Origin: Gammaproteobacteria bacterium | GTDB taxonomy: Bacteria; Pseudomonadota; Gammaproteobacteria; Ga0077536 | DNA: 64,000 nucleotides | Assembly: GCA_016191285.1 (NCBI GenBank) | Contig: JACPPA010000033.1 | Span: forward strand, 137,736-201,735 | Direction of reading: 5' to 3' | Part shown: positions 10,483 to 22,367 of the stretch, one piece after another | Layout of the letters: every line of letters starts with the position of its first letter | Numbering within the stretch: position 1 is the stretch's first letter | Notes under the pieces: model-generated | Databases searched by the model: none | What the model saw: only the letters and a program-made list of their open reading frames with translations | What the model was told of the DNA's origin: nothing | Made by a program: the position numbers and the translations under genes

Positions 10483-11054
10483 GCGCCGGATCCGAGCAAC
10501 GCCGCTACCGGTCGAAACGAGCGACGATGAACCACGCAGGGCCCATGCCGCGCAAGCGCCGCGACGTGGGCCTTGGTGGGATAGCCGCGATGTTGCGCAA
10601 ATCCATAACGCGGAAACTCCACATGCAAGGCATCCATGATGCGATCGCGGGTGACTTTGGCGAGAATCGACGCGGCGCTAATCACCGGCACCTTGGCGTC
10701 GCCCTTGACGATGGCTTCAGCGGTGCAAGGTAGCACGGGACAAACGTTACCATCGATAAGCGCGCGGTCGGGCGCGATTGCCAGCGCACGAACCGCACGT
10801 TGCATCGCGAGGAAAGTCGCGTGATAAATATTCACCTCGTCAATTTCAGCGACACTGGCGAGTCCAATGCCATACGCGAGCGCGTGTTTAATTATTTCTT
10901 CACACAGCACGGCGCGGCGCGCGGCGCCCAGCACCTTGGAATCGGCTAGGCCCACGATCCCATGGTGCGCCGGCAAAATCACGGCGGCGGCGACCACCGG
11001 TCCGGCTAACGGACCACGTCCTGCTTCGTCGACTCCGGCAATTAGCACGCGCAA
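10479..11054 (-). CDS. rnhB: Ribonuclease HII
   Basis: [34 protein letters not shown]. Confidence 0.98.
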   Translation of the reverse strand: MRVLIAGVDEAGRGPLAGPVVAAAVILPAHHGIVGLADSKVLGAARRAVLCEEIIKHALAYGIGLASVAEIDEVNIYHATFLAMQRAVRALAIAPDRALIDGNVCPVLPCTAEAIVKGDAKVPVISAASILAKVTRDRIMDALHVEFPRYGFAQHRGYPTKAHVAALARHGPCVVHRRSFRPVAALLGSGA

Positions 11055-11089
11055 TTCCTAATAACAGCTTTAAATGGGAATCGAGGCCA

Positions 11090-11222
11090 AGGCGGATGTC
11101 GGGTGCGCGCTCCGCTCTTCCTCGCCGGCCCTCCCTGGCCGGCTCGTCGCTGTTCCGCGTGCGGCGCTATCCCTGCGCCGCACGCTCCACAATGACGCTA
11201 CGCACACACCCGACATCCGCCT
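11090..11222. repeat. Structured intergenic palindromic element
   Basis: 16-bp outer inverted repeat AGGCGGATGTCGGGTG / CACCCGACATCCGCCT enclosing two GC hairpins with TCCCT-containing loops. Confidence 0.7.
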
Positions 11223-11276
11223 CACATAGACTGTATTTACATGCATTGATATTGCGCGCCCTACTCCGGCGCTCAT

Positions 11277-12443
11277 TTAGTGATTGTAAGCCGCGTTCCG
11301 CGAAGATCGCGCGCGCACTAAATCAGCCAAGGCAGCGGCCGCCGCCTCCGCCGCATTATTACGAAGGAGATGATGTAACTCGAGACACGCCGTACGGCAG
11401 GCATCGCACGCGGCAGCGTCCGTCAGCCACGCGTGCAAGGCGGCGGCCAAGGCCGGGGCAGTCGCCGCTTCCTGTAATAATTCCGGCATCAACGGCCGGT
11501 TGGTTAGCAGGTTTGGCAATGCCACCCAGCGGGTTTTCACCAAACGGCGCAGAACCGCGAAGCTGAGCGCCGCCATGCGATAGGTCACGACTGTCGGCGT
11601 TTTAGTTAGGGCGGCTTCGAGAGTGACCGTGCCTGAGGCACATAAGGCGGTGTCGGCCGCGCTCAGCATCTCGATGCTGCGTCCCGTGACGATTTCAATT
11701 GGCAACCCGTCGGCAGCCCTCACGAGTGCCTGGCGCACGCGCGCGCCGGCTTGCGCATTGACGGCGCCGTACAAAAACTTCACGTGAGGCAACGTCTGCC
11801 GCAATACCCGCGCGGTCTGTAGAAACAAATCCTGATGATGCACATATTCCTGGCGTCGACTCCCGGGAAGCAACGCGACATAGATTCCTTTGCTATCGAG
11901 TCCCAAGGCCACCCGCGCCGTTATTCGATCGACGATCAAGGGCAGACGATCGGCCAGCGGATGCCCGACATAGGTCGCGTTAACGTTACGCGCCTGCAGA
12001 AAAGGCACTTCAAACGGAAATAACGCCAACACCAAATCGGTCGCGCGTCGAATGATCGCAACCCGCCCCTCACGCCACGCCCATACTTGTGGACACACGT
12101 AATGCGCAGTCAAGATCCTGGCCGCTTTGAGTCGAGCTTCGATATGAAGCACAAAATCCGGGACATCGATCCCGATAAAAAGATCCGGCGGCGACGCTAA
12201 AAAGTGGCTTATCAGGCGTTCGCGCAGTGCACGCAACCGGCGATAATGTTTAGCGACTTCCACAATGCCCATGACCGAGAGTTCGTCAGTCGTCGCCAAC
12301 GCGCGACAACCAAGTTCACGCATGCGTGGTCCGGCCATCCCCTCGAAAATCAAAGTTGGAAATCGGCGCCGTAGGGCAGCAATTAAATCAGCGCCTAATT
12401 GATCTCCCGACGCTTCGCCGGCAACGATCCCGATCCGTAGCAT
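11277..12443 (-). CDS. lpxB: Lipid-A-disaccharide synthase
   Basis: VAGEASGDQLG, GIDVPDF, PQVWAWR, LLPGSR, SGTVTLE. Confidence 0.97.
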   Translation of the reverse strand: MLRIGIVAGEASGDQLGADLIAALRRRFPTLIFEGMAGPRMRELGCRALATTDELSVMGIVEVAKHYRRLRALRERLISHFLASPPDLFIGIDVPDFVLHIEARLKAARILTAHYVCPQVWAWREGRVAIIRRATDLVLALFPFEVPFLQARNVNATYVGHPLADRLPLIVDRITARVALGLDSKGIYVALLPGSRRQEYVHHQDLFLQTARVLRQTLPHVKFLYGAVNAQAGARVRQALVRAADGLPIEIVTGRSIEMLSAADTALCASGTVTLEAALTKTPTVVTYRMAALSFAVLRRLVKTRWVALPNLLTNRPLMPELLQEAATAPALAAALHAWLTDAAACDACRTACLELHHLLRNNAAEAAAAALADLVRARSSRNAAYNH

Positions 12444-12452
12444 CGACCGAAG

Positions 12453-13238
12453 TCAGCTGGCACGGGACCGTACGATGCCGCGCTTGGTCGCGCGGACGAA
12501 ATCGACAAAGCGCCGAATTTCCGGATGCTCGTCGACCTGCGGCGCCAGCTCTTCAAGCGCCTTTTCAACGGTCAACCCTTGTCGATAAAGCGTTTTATAG
12601 GCGCGTTTTATCGCATCGATGGTCGCGATTGAAAACCCACGACGGCGCAAGCCTTCACGGTTTATCGCCCGTGCCCGGGCAGTATTGCCCTCCACCATTA
12701 CATACGGTGGCACATCTTTGACAATCACTGCGGCGATGGCCGCGAAACTACTTTCGCCGACGCGGCAAAATTGGTGGACGCCGGTGAAGCCAGCAAGGAT
12801 CGCGTAGTCGCCAATTTCGACATGCCCGGCAAGCGTGGCGTTATTCGCAAACACCGTGTGGTTGCCGACTTGGCAGTCGTGCGCGATATGACAATACGCC
12901 ATGAGCCAGTTGTCATCGCCGAGGCGGGTTACGCCACCGCCGCCCGGCGTTCCGCGATTGATGCTGCAGTATTCGCGAATGGTGTTCCGCTCGCCAATCT
13001 CGAGGCGCGTCACCGATTCGTCGGTAAACTTTTTGTCCTGCGGCGCCTCACCGATCGAGCAAAACGGATAGATGCGAGTCTGTGCGCCAATAACGGTAGG
13101 ACCTTTGATGACGCAGTGCGCGTCGATCCGTACGCCGGACCTAAGTTCTACTTGCTCGTCGATAATCGTCCACGGACCGACCTCAACGTCGGACGCCACC
13201 ACCGCGCGCGGATGAATCCGCGCCGATGGGTCAATCAT
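12453..13238 (-). CDS. lpxA: UDP-N-acetylglucosamine acyltransferase
   Basis: Hexapeptide repeats, [25 protein letters not shown]. Confidence 0.98.
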   Translation of the reverse strand: MIDPSARIHPRAVVASDVEVGPWTIIDEQVELRSGVRIDAHCVIKGPTVIGAQTRIYPFCSIGEAPQDKKFTDESVTRLEIGERNTIREYCSINRGTPGGGGVTRLGDDNWLMAYCHIAHDCQVGNHTVFANNATLAGHVEIGDYAILAGFTGVHQFCRVGESSFAAIAAVIVKDVPPYVMVEGNTARARAINREGLRRRGFSIATIDAIKRAYKTLYRQGLTVEKALEELAPQVDEHPEIRRFVDFVRATKRGIVRSRAS

Positions 13239-13684
13239 GAACGGCGCCCCATTTCGGTGGTCATGAATTGGGCGCTAGAAACTAAATCGTCACCGACGTG
13301 GGCAGTCGCTTCGAACTTATAAACACCGCGCAGACAACGTTTCAAGTACGCAGTCAGCCGGAGTTGATCGCCGGGTTCGACCGGCCGCTTGAAGCGCGCC
13401 TTATCGACGCCAACCAGGTAATACATACTTTGGCTATTCGATTGCGCGTTGTGCGAATGAAAGGCCAGTAGGCCCGTCGCCTGCGCCATCGATTCGAGAA
13501 TCAAGACCCCTGGCATGATGGGCTTGTCGGGGAAATGTCCCTGAAAAAACGGCTCTGTGATCGTGACGTTCTTAATCGCGGTGAGTTCTTTAAACGGAAT
13601 GCACGAAATGACGCGATCGATCAACAAGAACGGGTAGCGGTGCGGGAGCATCTTCAAGATGTCTCTGATTTCGATCTCAGCCAT
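13235..13684 (-). CDS. fabZ: 3-hydroxyacyl-ACP dehydratase
   Basis: [33 protein letters not shown]. Confidence 0.98.
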   Translation of the reverse strand: MAEIEIRDILKMLPHRYPFLLIDRVISCIPFKELTAIKNVTITEPFFQGHFPDKPIMPGVLILESMAQATGLLAFHSHNAQSNSQSMYYLVGVDKARFKRPVEPGDQLRLTAYLKRCLRGVYKFEATAHVGDDLVSSAQFMTTEMGRRS

Positions 13685-13983
13685 TGTGCCCCCGTTTTTC
13701 CAACTGGTGCGCGCGCCAAATCATGACTGATTTGCGATCTCGCGCCACTTACCATATTCGCCTAGCGGGTGACGGACGCGGAATCACTTCGGCGACGCGG
13801 AATAACGGACATCCTAACTCGGCGCCGCCGAGCTAGGTTCGCCCGCTCAAATTAAAAGGTTGACCGAGGCCGGCGACCGCCGTGCGGCTGAGCGCCCAAG
13901 TTAATTCCCGCCCGCGACTTCGCCGCATTGAGAATGCGGCATCGTTGGTAAGCTCGAAACGAGTTCAACCAGTCCATGCCGTA

Positions 13984-14502
13984 TTAATGCGCACCTTTCT
14001 TCAAGCGCTCGATGACTTGGTCCGTGACGTCGACTGCCTTACTGGCGAAAATGACCCCTTCACCCAGGACGATATCGAATTTTTGTTCAGCGGCAAGTTG
14101 TTGGATGGCTTCTACAATCAACTTTTGGATTTTGCCGAACTCCTCGTTGCGTCGAAAATTCACGTCTTCCCGGAACTCATCGGAAGTCCGCTTAAGATCA
14201 CGACGCTTATTTAGCACTTCACGTTCCAGACGTGAGCGCTCGGTCTCACTCATGATCGCGCCGTCCTTGGCCATGCGATCCTCCATGGTTTTGAGCGCTT
14301 TCTGATCGGCGAGCAATTGCTTATCGCGCGCGGAGAATTCTGTTTCGAGTTTCTTTTTCGCGACTTCGGCCTGCGGCGCGGCTTCGAGGACGCGAACGGC
14401 CTGCACTACCCCGATCTTATAATCGCCGGCTTGCGCGGCGGCGTTTAAGGCCAGCCCCCCAGCCAATCCTAAAACCAATTGTCTAATGCTCAACATATTC
14501 AC
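13984..14502 (-). CDS. skp: OmpH/Skp periplasmic chaperone
   Basis: Signal peptide, KIGVV, coiled coil, DVTDQVIERL; directly after bamA. Confidence 0.92.
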   Translation of the reverse strand: MNMLSIRQLVLGLAGGLALNAAAQAGDYKIGVVQAVRVLEAAPQAEVAKKKLETEFSARDKQLLADQKALKTMEDRMAKDGAIMSETERSRLEREVLNKRRDLKRTSDEFREDVNFRRNEEFGKIQKLIVEAIQQLAAEQKFDIVLGEGVIFASKAVDVTDQVIERLKKGAH

Positions 14503-14560
14503 GATTTACTCCAACGGTATTGATTCATAAGCCGAGAACCCACTGGCCCACTGAGGCTGT

Positions 14561-16852
14561 TCAGAACGTCGTTCCAAACGTGAATTGGAACTTCTGAATC
14601 CTATCGCCCGACTGATAGTGGAACGGCTGCGCGATACTAATCGAAAGCATGCCAAACGGCGAGAGCCAGACGCCGGAGAAACCGGCAGCCATGCGCAATT
14701 TGGCCACCCTGAAGCTTTCGTCGGTCGCGTAGACGTTACCGACGTCATAAAACGCCGTGACCCGCACCGATTTGATTTCGCGCAGGAACGGCACTGGCAG
14801 AATCATTTCCGCGTTACCCACGAGAAGGATGTTGCCACCCAGCGCCTGATTGAACTGGTCTTGTGGACCCAGCGAATTTTCCTTATAGCCACGGACCGTG
14901 CGCGGGCCACCGCCGTAGAAATTCTCGAAGAACGGCAACTCGAAGGTACTGCCGTATGAATCGCCATAGCCAACGCGGCCCTTTAACAGAAACACGTAAT
15001 CGTGACCGAGCGGAATGAAGTACCGCGAGTCGTAATCCAATTTATAGAAATTCAGGCTGCCAACGGGTGCGGCGATCTCGGCCCGGAGCGTTTGCAGCAT
15101 CCCTTCGGTCGGAAACAAGGTTGAATTGCGAGTGTCGTATGAGTAGGAACCCGTCAGGCGAACGAGGTCGAAGTTATTCCCTTCGAGCACGATAAATCGG
15201 AACACCTGAGGGGCAAGGAATAACGGGTTAATACCAATACGAGTCTTCTCGTAACTGGCGCCAAACGATACGTAGTTGTACTCGGAGATTGGAATGCCAA
15301 AATTCACGCCAGTCGATATTACTTTCGAATTAAACTGTGTGATGTTGCCGCTTCCCGCGTTCGTTTCCTGATAACCAATGTTGAAGCCACGGCTGACTCC
15401 GTCGATGGTCCAATACGGATTTAAATAGCCCAGACGGAACGTACGATTAATATCGCTGTTGTTGAACGCAAAGCTGAGACTGCGCCCGCTACCGAGAAAA
15501 TTGTCCTGCGTAATGTTGGTATTAAAAATAATGCCTTGGGTTTGCGAATAGCCGAGGCCCAACAATAGGTTTCCGGACGGCCGCTCTTTCACGGTGTAAT
15601 TAATATCGACTTGATCGGTGGTCCCCGGTACCGCGGGCGTCTCGACATTGACTTCCTCGAAGTAGCCTAAGCGTTGTAGACGAACTTTTGAACGCTCGAC
15701 ATTCTTGGTTGAAATCCAGCCGCCTTCGAGTTGCCGCATTTCGCGGCGCAGTACTTCGTCGCGGGTTTTGGCGTTACCATTGAAACTGATCCGCCGCACA
15801 TACGTGCGCTGTCCCGGATCGACAAAATAGGTCAACGCCACCGTTTTATTGGCTTGGTTCAATTTCGGAATGGCATTAACGTTGGCGAAGGCATAGCCTT
15901 CGTCGCCCAGGCGGTCGGTGATATTTTTCGTCGTCTGTGTGACCTCCTTGCGCGAAAACATCATGCCCTTACGGGTCGTGACGCGGTCGAAGAGTTCCTT
16001 TTCGTCGACGATGAGCTTGCCAGCCAGTTTGACTTCAGCAATAGAAAATTGTTGACCCTCCGCGATATTGATCGTGACATAGACGTCCGCTTTATCCGGC
16101 GTAATCGAGACCTGAGTGGACTCTACGTGGAAATCGACAAAGCCATTGTCCTGATACTTCGAGCGCAGCGTCTCCAAATCACCTGATAGCTTTTGTTTCG
16201 AATATTGATCGTCCTTGCTGAACCAGCTGGTCCAAGTCGGGGTGGTCAGCTTGAAATCTTTTAGAAGTTCGTGGTCATCGAAGGTCTCGTTACCGATGAT
16301 GTTGATTTCCTTGATCCGCGCTGCTTCACCTTCAGTGATCTTGAAATGGATGGTCAGCGTATTGTCATCAAGCGGGGTAATTGTCGGCTCGATTTTTACT
16401 CCGTATTTACCGTTCGAAAAATACTGCCGCCGAAGCTCCTGAACCACCTTGTCCATCTTCGATTCGTTATAGACCTCGCCTTTGGCGAATCCGGCTTCAC
16501 CCAAGCCTTTTTCGAGATCTTCAGTCTTGATGGCCTTATTACCCTCGAAGGTGATATCCGCAATCGATTCGCGTTCCACCACTTTCACGACGAGCACGTC
16601 GCCATCGCGGTCTAAACGAACGTCCTTGAAGAAGCCAGTTTTAAATAACGCGCGCACGGCGGTTTGCGTACGCTTTTCGTCGATTTTGTCGCCGACGGTA
16701 ATAGGTAGGTAGTTAAAGACCGTACCCGGAGAGATCCGGGATAGGCCTTCAACCTTTATGTCGTCGACGATAAAGTCGTCGGCGACGGCGACATGGATGG
16801 TTAGCGCAAGCGCAAGCCCCGTACACCATCGAGAGGCTATGGATAACACCAT
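14561..16852 (-). CDS. bamA: Outer membrane protein assembly factor
   Basis: POTRA repeats (VEGLSRIS, KTRDEVLRRE), VRGY motif, terminal Phe (FTFGTTF). Confidence 0.98.
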   Translation of the reverse strand: MVLSIASRWCTGLALALTIHVAVADDFIVDDIKVEGLSRISPGTVFNYLPITVGDKIDEKRTQTAVRALFKTGFFKDVRLDRDGDVLVVKVVERESIADITFEGNKAIKTEDLEKGLGEAGFAKGEVYNESKMDKVVQELRRQYFSNGKYGVKIEPTITPLDDNTLTIHFKITEGEAARIKEINIIGNETFDDHELLKDFKLTTPTWTSWFSKDDQYSKQKLSGDLETLRSKYQDNGFVDFHVESTQVSITPDKADVYVTINIAEGQQFSIAEVKLAGKLIVDEKELFDRVTTRKGMMFSRKEVTQTTKNITDRLGDEGYAFANVNAIPKLNQANKTVALTYFVDPGQRTYVRRISFNGNAKTRDEVLRREMRQLEGGWISTKNVERSKVRLQRLGYFEEVNVETPAVPGTTDQVDINYTVKERPSGNLLLGLGYSQTQGIIFNTNITQDNFLGSGRSLSFAFNNSDINRTFRLGYLNPYWTIDGVSRGFNIGYQETNAGSGNITQFNSKVISTGVNFGIPISEYNYVSFGASYEKTRIGINPLFLAPQVFRFIVLEGNNFDLVRLTGSYSYDTRNSTLFPTEGMLQTLRAEIAAPVGSLNFYKLDYDSRYFIPLGHDYVFLLKGRVGYGDSYGSTFELPFFENFYGGGPRTVRGYKENSLGPQDQFNQALGGNILLVGNAEMILPVPFLREIKSVRVTAFYDVGNVYATDESFRVAKLRMAAGFSGVWLSPFGMLSISIAQPFHYQSGDRIQKFQFTFGTTF

Positions 16853-16880
16853 TGAGAATTTTTTTTGTTTCGTTCCAGCG

Positions 16881-18245
16881 TTAAAAAATGCGCATCAGAT
16901 CGTTATATAAAGCCAAGCCCATCAAGCTCAGCAGTAGCACCAAACCGATCTGTTGTCCGTAGAATTGAATAATGTCCGGGACCGGCCTACGGGTAACCGA
17001 TTCTATCAGGTAATAAACTAAGTGTCCGCCATCCAGCAATGGAATCGGCAACAGATTTAGCACGCCCAAGCTAACGCTAACCAAGCCCAAAAATTCAAGG
17101 AAGCGCGAAGCTCCAAGTTTCGCGGATTCGCCAGCGAATTGCGCGATGCTGAGGGGCCCGCTGAGATTATCGAGTGACGCCTGACCGACCACGATCTGGC
17201 GCAAAAATTTAAACGTCGTCAGCGCCACCTCAAGCGTTCGATCGGCGCCGTGTGCGGCAGCGCTCACGAGATCGTAGCGTTCGATCGCGGTCGGCACGGC
17301 GGCGGTCGCCGGTGGCGGTGCGACCTCGGCGCCGATACGCCCCACCAGCTTCCCGCCGTCGCTACTACCATGGGGAGTAACGCGCATCACTTCATCACGT
17401 CCGTTGCGCGTAACGGTGATCGCGAGTGCGCGGCCAGGACTGGCGCGAACGCGGTCGACCCACGTTAGCCAATCGTCCACGGCGACTCCGTCAACCGCGA
17501 CGATCAAATCGTCAGCGCGCAATCCGGCTGCGGCCGCCGCTTCACCGGGCAGCACCTTGCCGAGACGCGGTGGAATTTTCGGTCGCAGCGGTTGCAGCCC
17601 TAACTTGGCGAAAAATTCACCACGGGTTAGATCGTCGACCGATAGGCCAGCGAAATCGAGGCGCACATCGCGCTCGGTTGCGTCGACCGTCCGCACGCGC
17701 AAATCAAGACTATGCTGATCGAGAATCGCGGTCACCGCGCGGTTCAGCACATTGTCCCAGATCGCAGTCGCAGCCCCATTGACCGCGATGATTTCGTCGC
17801 CCTGCCGCAAGCCGGCCTGATGCGCCAAACCGTGCTCGTCAACCGCGCCGAGGATCGGCCGCGGGCCGGTGACGCCGGCAGCATAACTTAAGGTGTAGAC
17901 GATGAATGCCAGCAGAAAATTGGCGAGCGGGCCGGCGCTGACGATTGCCGCGCGCACCGCGAGCGACTGTCGATTAAAGGCGCGCCCCACTTCGTTGGCC
18001 GCGACTTCGCCTTCGCGTTCATCGAGCATCTTCACGAAGCCGCCCAGCGGCACTACGGCAAGCACGAATTCGGTGTTATCCGCGCCGTAGCGTCGCAGCC
18101 ATAGCGGCCGACCGAAGCCGACCGAGAAGCGTAGAATTTTTACGCCGAGCTTGTGCGCCACCCAATAATGGCCGAACTCATGGAACGTCACGAGGATCCC
18201 GAGCGCCAAAATAAAAGCGATAACGGTCTGCAGAATTTCAATCAT
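16881..18245 (-). CDS. rseP: RIP metalloprotease
   Basis: [13 protein letters not shown], two PDZ domains, [12 protein letters not shown]. Confidence 0.97.
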   Translation of the reverse strand: MIEILQTVIAFILALGILVTFHEFGHYWVAHKLGVKILRFSVGFGRPLWLRRYGADNTEFVLAVVPLGGFVKMLDEREGEVAANEVGRAFNRQSLAVRAAIVSAGPLANFLLAFIVYTLSYAAGVTGPRPILGAVDEHGLAHQAGLRQGDEIIAVNGAATAIWDNVLNRAVTAILDQHSLDLRVRTVDATERDVRLDFAGLSVDDLTRGEFFAKLGLQPLRPKIPPRLGKVLPGEAAAAAGLRADDLIVAVDGVAVDDWLTWVDRVRASPGRALAITVTRNGRDEVMRVTPHGSSDGGKLVGRIGAEVAPPPATAAVPTAIERYDLVSAAAHGADRTLEVALTTFKFLRQIVVGQASLDNLSGPLSIAQFAGESAKLGASRFLEFLGLVSVSLGVLNLLPIPLLDGGHLVYYLIESVTRRPVPDIIQFYGQQIGLVLLLSLMGLALYNDLMRIF

Positions 18246-19429
18246 GCGATTACGCGCTGCATCGCGCGCTGGGCGAAGCGTCGTGCGCGCCGATCATCGT
18301 CTAACACAACCTCGAGATCCCGCGCCGGCCGCGACGCGACCTGTTGCAACGTTTCTTCAACCACTGCCGCGATCTGGGGAAAACTAATCCGTTCGGCCAA
18401 GAATGCGGCGACCGCTTCTTCGTTCGCTGCGTTCAAAATGGCGGCCGCCGTGCCGCCCGACTTTAGGGCCTCGCGCGCGAGCCGCAGACTCGGGAAGCGC
18501 CGCGGGTCGGGTTCCTCGAATTCAAGTTTTCGTACGTCGAACAAATTCAAACTCGATACGCCGGATTCGATCCGCCGCGGCCACGCCAGCGCATGTGCAA
18601 TTGGCGTGCGCATATCGGGGTTTCCCATCTGTGCGAGCACCGAGCCGTCAAGATATTCGACCATGGAATGAATCACGCTTTGCGGATGAACGACGACTTC
18701 AATGCGGTCCTGCGTAGTCCCGAACAACCAGCACGCCTCGATGATCTCCAGCCCCTTATTCATCATCGTCGCAGAGTCGACCGAGATTTTCCGCCCCATG
18801 ACCCATTTCGGATGCGCACAGGCTTGATCGGGTGTGACTGTATGCAGGTCAGCAAGTTCACGGGTGCGGAAGGGACCACCCGAAGCCGTCAGCAAAATAC
18901 GTTTGACGCCGACCGTGTCTAAGCCGGCGCCAAAGTCGGGGGGCATGCATTGGAAGATCGCATTGTGTTCGCTGTCGATCGGAAGCAATTCGGCGCCGTG
19001 TGCTTTCACGGTATCCATGAATAGCTGACCCGACATCACCAGCGATTCTTTGTTCGCGAGCATGACGCGCTTGCCGCCGCGGGCCGCCGCCAGATTGGCT
19101 TGCAGACCGGCCGCGCCGACGATTCCGGCCATCACATACTGGGTCCCGGCAGCGCCGGCGACTTCGATTAAACCCGCTTCACCGGATAAGACTTCGGTCG
19201 TGATCCGTTCCGCGCGCAAGGCCGTGCGCAGGCGCGCTGCGGCACTCGCGTCTACCATCACCGCATGCGCCGGCCGCCACGCGCGACATTGCGCGAGTAG
19301 CGCGTCGACATTTTGATTAGCAGTTAATGCCGTGACCTTAAACCGGTCCGACTGACGCGCAATGACATCGAGCGTATTAACGCCGATGGTGCCGGTCGAT
19401 CCGAGTATCGCGATTCCAATCACTACCAT
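18242..19429 (-). CDS. dxr: 1-deoxy-D-xylulose-5-phosphate reductoisomerase
   Basis: [44 protein letters not shown]. Confidence 0.98.
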   Translation of the reverse strand: MVVIGIAILGSTGTIGVNTLDVIARQSDRFKVTALTANQNVDALLAQCRAWRPAHAVMVDASAAARLRTALRAERITTEVLSGEAGLIEVAGAAGTQYVMAGIVGAAGLQANLAAARGGKRVMLANKESLVMSGQLFMDTVKAHGAELLPIDSEHNAIFQCMPPDFGAGLDTVGVKRILLTASGGPFRTRELADLHTVTPDQACAHPKWVMGRKISVDSATMMNKGLEIIEACWLFGTTQDRIEVVVHPQSVIHSMVEYLDGSVLAQMGNPDMRTPIAHALAWPRRIESGVSSLNLFDVRKLEFEEPDPRRFPSLRLAREALKSGGTAAAILNAANEEAVAAFLAERISFPQIAAVVEETLQQVASRPARDLEVVLDDDRRARRFAQRAMQRVIA

Positions 19430-20253
19430 CGCACCATTGTTACGATTGCTGTTGCGTAAATCGGCGAGGCGGCGAGTAAGGCATCAATGCGATCGAGTAC
19501 ACCGCCATGCCCCGGTAATAGGTTGCTGCTATCTTTGAAGCCCCCGCGCCGCTTGATCAAACTTTCAAAAAGATCGCCGACAATCGACGCCGCGACGACC
19601 ACGATCGAGAAAAGCGCGACGCCAATTACCGCGCGCCATGTGCCGCTGCCCTGCGCGACAGCCAGACCGCTCCCAATGACCGGCGCCGCCGCGAGGCCCG
19701 CCGCGACTCCTTCCCACGTTTTGCCAGGACTGATCCGATCGGCGAGGCGACGACGACCCCACTTCCGTCCCGCGAAAAACGCCGCCGAGTCGGCCCCCCA
19801 CACTAGCACCAGTCCGCCAAGCGCGAGGATTCGACTGGTCTCGTGCAGCCAAACGATGGCCCAGAACGCCGGCAGCAGCACGAGCCATCCTAGCATAGCC
19901 ATGATCCAGGGCCGGTCCCGCGGTAGCAGATCGCGGCCGCGTTGCGCCATGACGACCACGCCGGCCGCGCATACCCACCAACCACTCGCGACGGCCAAGA
20001 TAATGACACGCACCGTCGGACCGGTAACGCCCACGATCAAACTCAGCGCGACACCCACCGTCGCGGCCGCATAAAAATAACGCCACGCGCCGTGGCTAGC
20101 ATTCAAGCGGGCCCACTCCCACGCCGCGATCGCCAAAAAGAACAGGCACAACGCACGCAAATACACGGGCGGCGCCCAGCCAATGAGGCCAACGACGAGC
20201 GAGATCAACACCACCGCCGTGACGACTCGGGCAGCGAGCGTCGAACTCATCAC
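19423..20253 (-). CDS. cdsA: Phosphatidate cytidylyltransferase
   Basis: [23 protein letters not shown]...[11 protein letters not shown]. Confidence 0.97.
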   Translation of the reverse strand: MMSSTLAARVVTAVVLISLVVGLIGWAPPVYLRALCLFFLAIAAWEWARLNASHGAWRYFYAAATVGVALSLIVGVTGPTVRVIILAVASGWWVCAAGVVVMAQRGRDLLPRDRPWIMAMLGWLVLLPAFWAIVWLHETSRILALGGLVLVWGADSAAFFAGRKWGRRRLADRISPGKTWEGVAAGLAAAPVIGSGLAVAQGSGTWRAVIGVALFSIVVVAASIVGDLFESLIKRRGGFKDSSNLLPGHGGVLDRIDALLAASPIYATAIVTMVRW

Positions 20254-20296
20254 GGGGTGATGGCTGACGTAAATGTGCGGCGCGGCAGACGTTGCT

Positions 20297-21046
20297 TTAG
20301 CCGACGCCGGTAGCCGCTTCGGAGGCAGCTTCGATTTGCTCCCCGGTCATTCCAAACCGCCGCTGGCGACGCGTGTAGCTCGCTAATGCTTCTTCGTACT
20401 GCGCGCGATCGAAATCCGGCCACAAGCAATTCGTGAAATAGAGTTCGGTGTAGGCCAACTGCCACAACAGGAAGTTGCTGATGCGTTGCTCACCTCCCGA
20501 ACGAATAAAAAGATCCGGCTCCGGCACGTCACGCAGCATTAGCTGATTACCGAGCATCTCGACCGTGATGTCCGCCGGCTGCAAGCGCCCGGCAGCGACT
20601 TCCTCGGCAAGTCGGCGGGTCGCTTCGGTGACGTCCCAGCGGCCGCCATAATTCGCGGCGATGATAAGGGTGAGTGCCTGATTGCCGGCGGTGAGGGCTT
20701 CGGCGGCGGCTATGCTCCTACGCAGCTTCGCCGGAAATCCGACGCGATCGCCGACGACTCGTAGACACACTCCATTCTCGTGCAGGCGTTCGGCCTCCTG
20801 CTCGAGCGCCATGACGAAGAGATCCATGAGGAGTCGGACTTCGACCGGCGGACGCCGCCAGTTTTCGCTGCTGAAGGCGAACAAGGTCAGCACTTCGATG
20901 CCAAGCTCGGCCGAGTGCTTGACTATGGCGCGGACATTTTCGACTCCAGCCCGATGGCCCGCGATCCGCGGCAGGCTGCGTTTGCTCGCCCACCGCCCAT
21001 TCCCATCCATGATGATCGCCACGTGTCGCGGTAGATCGCTGGTCAT
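20297..21046 (-). CDS. uppS: Undecaprenyl diphosphate synthase
   Basis: HVAIIMDGNGRWA, FSSENWRRP, RSGGEQRISNFLLWQ. Confidence 0.98.
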   Translation of the reverse strand: MTSDLPRHVAIIMDGNGRWASKRSLPRIAGHRAGVENVRAIVKHSAELGIEVLTLFAFSSENWRRPPVEVRLLMDLFVMALEQEAERLHENGVCLRVVGDRVGFPAKLRRSIAAAEALTAGNQALTLIIAANYGGRWDVTEATRRLAEEVAAGRLQPADITVEMLGNQLMLRDVPEPDLFIRSGGEQRISNFLLWQLAYTELYFTNCLWPDFDRAQYEEALASYTRRQRRFGMTGEQIEAASEAATGVG

Positions 21047-21065
21047 CTGGAGCTCCGGAAACTGT

Positions 21066-21623
21066 TTATACCGCGAGTATTTCGTGTTCTTTGGCGACGA
21101 CTAATTCGTCGACTTTCCTGACGTGCGCGTCAGTGAGTTTCTGCACGTCGTCCTCGCCTTTCCGTTCTTGGTCTTCGGCGATTTCTTTTTCTTTTAGCAG
21201 TTCCTTGAGATCGCTCATCGCATCACGCCGAATGTTACGCACCGCAACCTTGGCCTGCTCTGCTTCCGCCTTGACCACTTTTACCAGTTCGCGGCGCCGT
21301 TCCTCGGTCAGTGGTGGAATCGGAATGCGAATGACGGTACCCGCCGTATTGGGATTGAGGCCTAAGTCAGATTCCATGATCGCGCGCTCAATCGCGTTGA
21401 CCATGGTCTTATCCCATGCCGTAACCGTTAACGTGCGTGAATCCTCAATCGCCACGTTCGCGGCGCGACCGATGGGGGTGCTAGTGCCGTAGTAATCGAC
21501 CGCGATGTGATCGAGAAGACTGGGGTGCGCGCGCCCGGTTCGAATTTTGGCCAATTCCAGCTTGAACGTATCCAACGTCTTTTGCATGCGAGCCTGGGCG
21601 TCTTTAAGAATATCTTGCAACAT
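21066..21623 (-). CDS. frr: Ribosome recycling factor
   Basis: [28 protein letters not shown]. Confidence 0.98.
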   Translation of the reverse strand: MLQDILKDAQARMQKTLDTFKLELAKIRTGRAHPSLLDHIAVDYYGTSTPIGRAANVAIEDSRTLTVTAWDKTMVNAIERAIMESDLGLNPNTAGTVIRIPIPPLTEERRRELVKVVKAEAEQAKVAVRNIRRDAMSDLKELLKEKEIAEDQERKGEDDVQKLTDAHVRKVDELVVAKEHEILAV

Positions 21624-21627
21624 GGTG

Positions 21628-22362
21628 TTAGCCCGCCGTAACTAAAGTCCCCACATTTTCACCCAACGCCGCCCGCACAAAAGCGCCGGGCTGATTCATA
21701 TTTACCACGCGGAGCGGCATCCGATTATCACGACACAGCACCACCGCGGTGGCATCCATGACCGCCAGCTTCCGCGTCAGCACTTCATCATAGTCTAAAA
21801 CATCGAAGCGCTCGGCGTCGGGAAACTTAGCCGGATCCGCCGAGTAGACCCCATCGACCTTAGTGGCTTTTATCATGAGATCGGCGTTGATTTCGATGGC
21901 GCGCAGACTGGCCGCGGAATCGGTCGTAAAAAAAGGATTACCAATGCCCGCGGCGAGAATGACCACGCGGTTTTTTTCCAGATGACGGATCGCGCGCCGG
22001 CGAATATAGTCCTCGCACACCTCATTGATTTTGATCGCGGACATGACCCGCGCGTACATCCCGCGACGCTCGAGCGCATCCTGAATCGCGAGCGCATTAA
22101 TAACGGTCGCCAGCATCCCCATTTGATCGGCCGAAACCCGATCCATGCCCTTCGCCGCAAGACCGGCGCCACGAAAGATGTTGCCCCCGCCAACGACGAT
22201 CGCTACTTGCACGCCGGTGCTCGCGAGTTCGTCGATTTCGGCTGCGATCCGGTCGAGCACGACCGGATCGACGCCATATTCTTCTTGCCCCAGCAGCGCT
22301 TCGCCGCTGAGCTTGATCAGCACGCGGCGGTAGTGTGGAGTTAGCGCAGTGGCGCCGCTCAT
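21628..22362 (-). CDS. pyrH: UMP kinase
   Basis: [34 protein letters not shown]. Confidence 0.98.
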   Translation of the reverse strand: MSGATALTPHYRRVLIKLSGEALLGQEEYGVDPVVLDRIAAEIDELASTGVQVAIVVGGGNIFRGAGLAAKGMDRVSADQMGMLATVINALAIQDALERRGMYARVMSAIKINEVCEDYIRRRAIRHLEKNRVVILAAGIGNPFFTTDSAASLRAIEINADLMIKATKVDGVYSADPAKFPDAERFDVLDYDEVLTRKLAVMDATAVVLCRDNRMPLRVVNMNQPGAFVRAALGENVGTLVTAG

Positions 22363-22367
22363 CGAGA

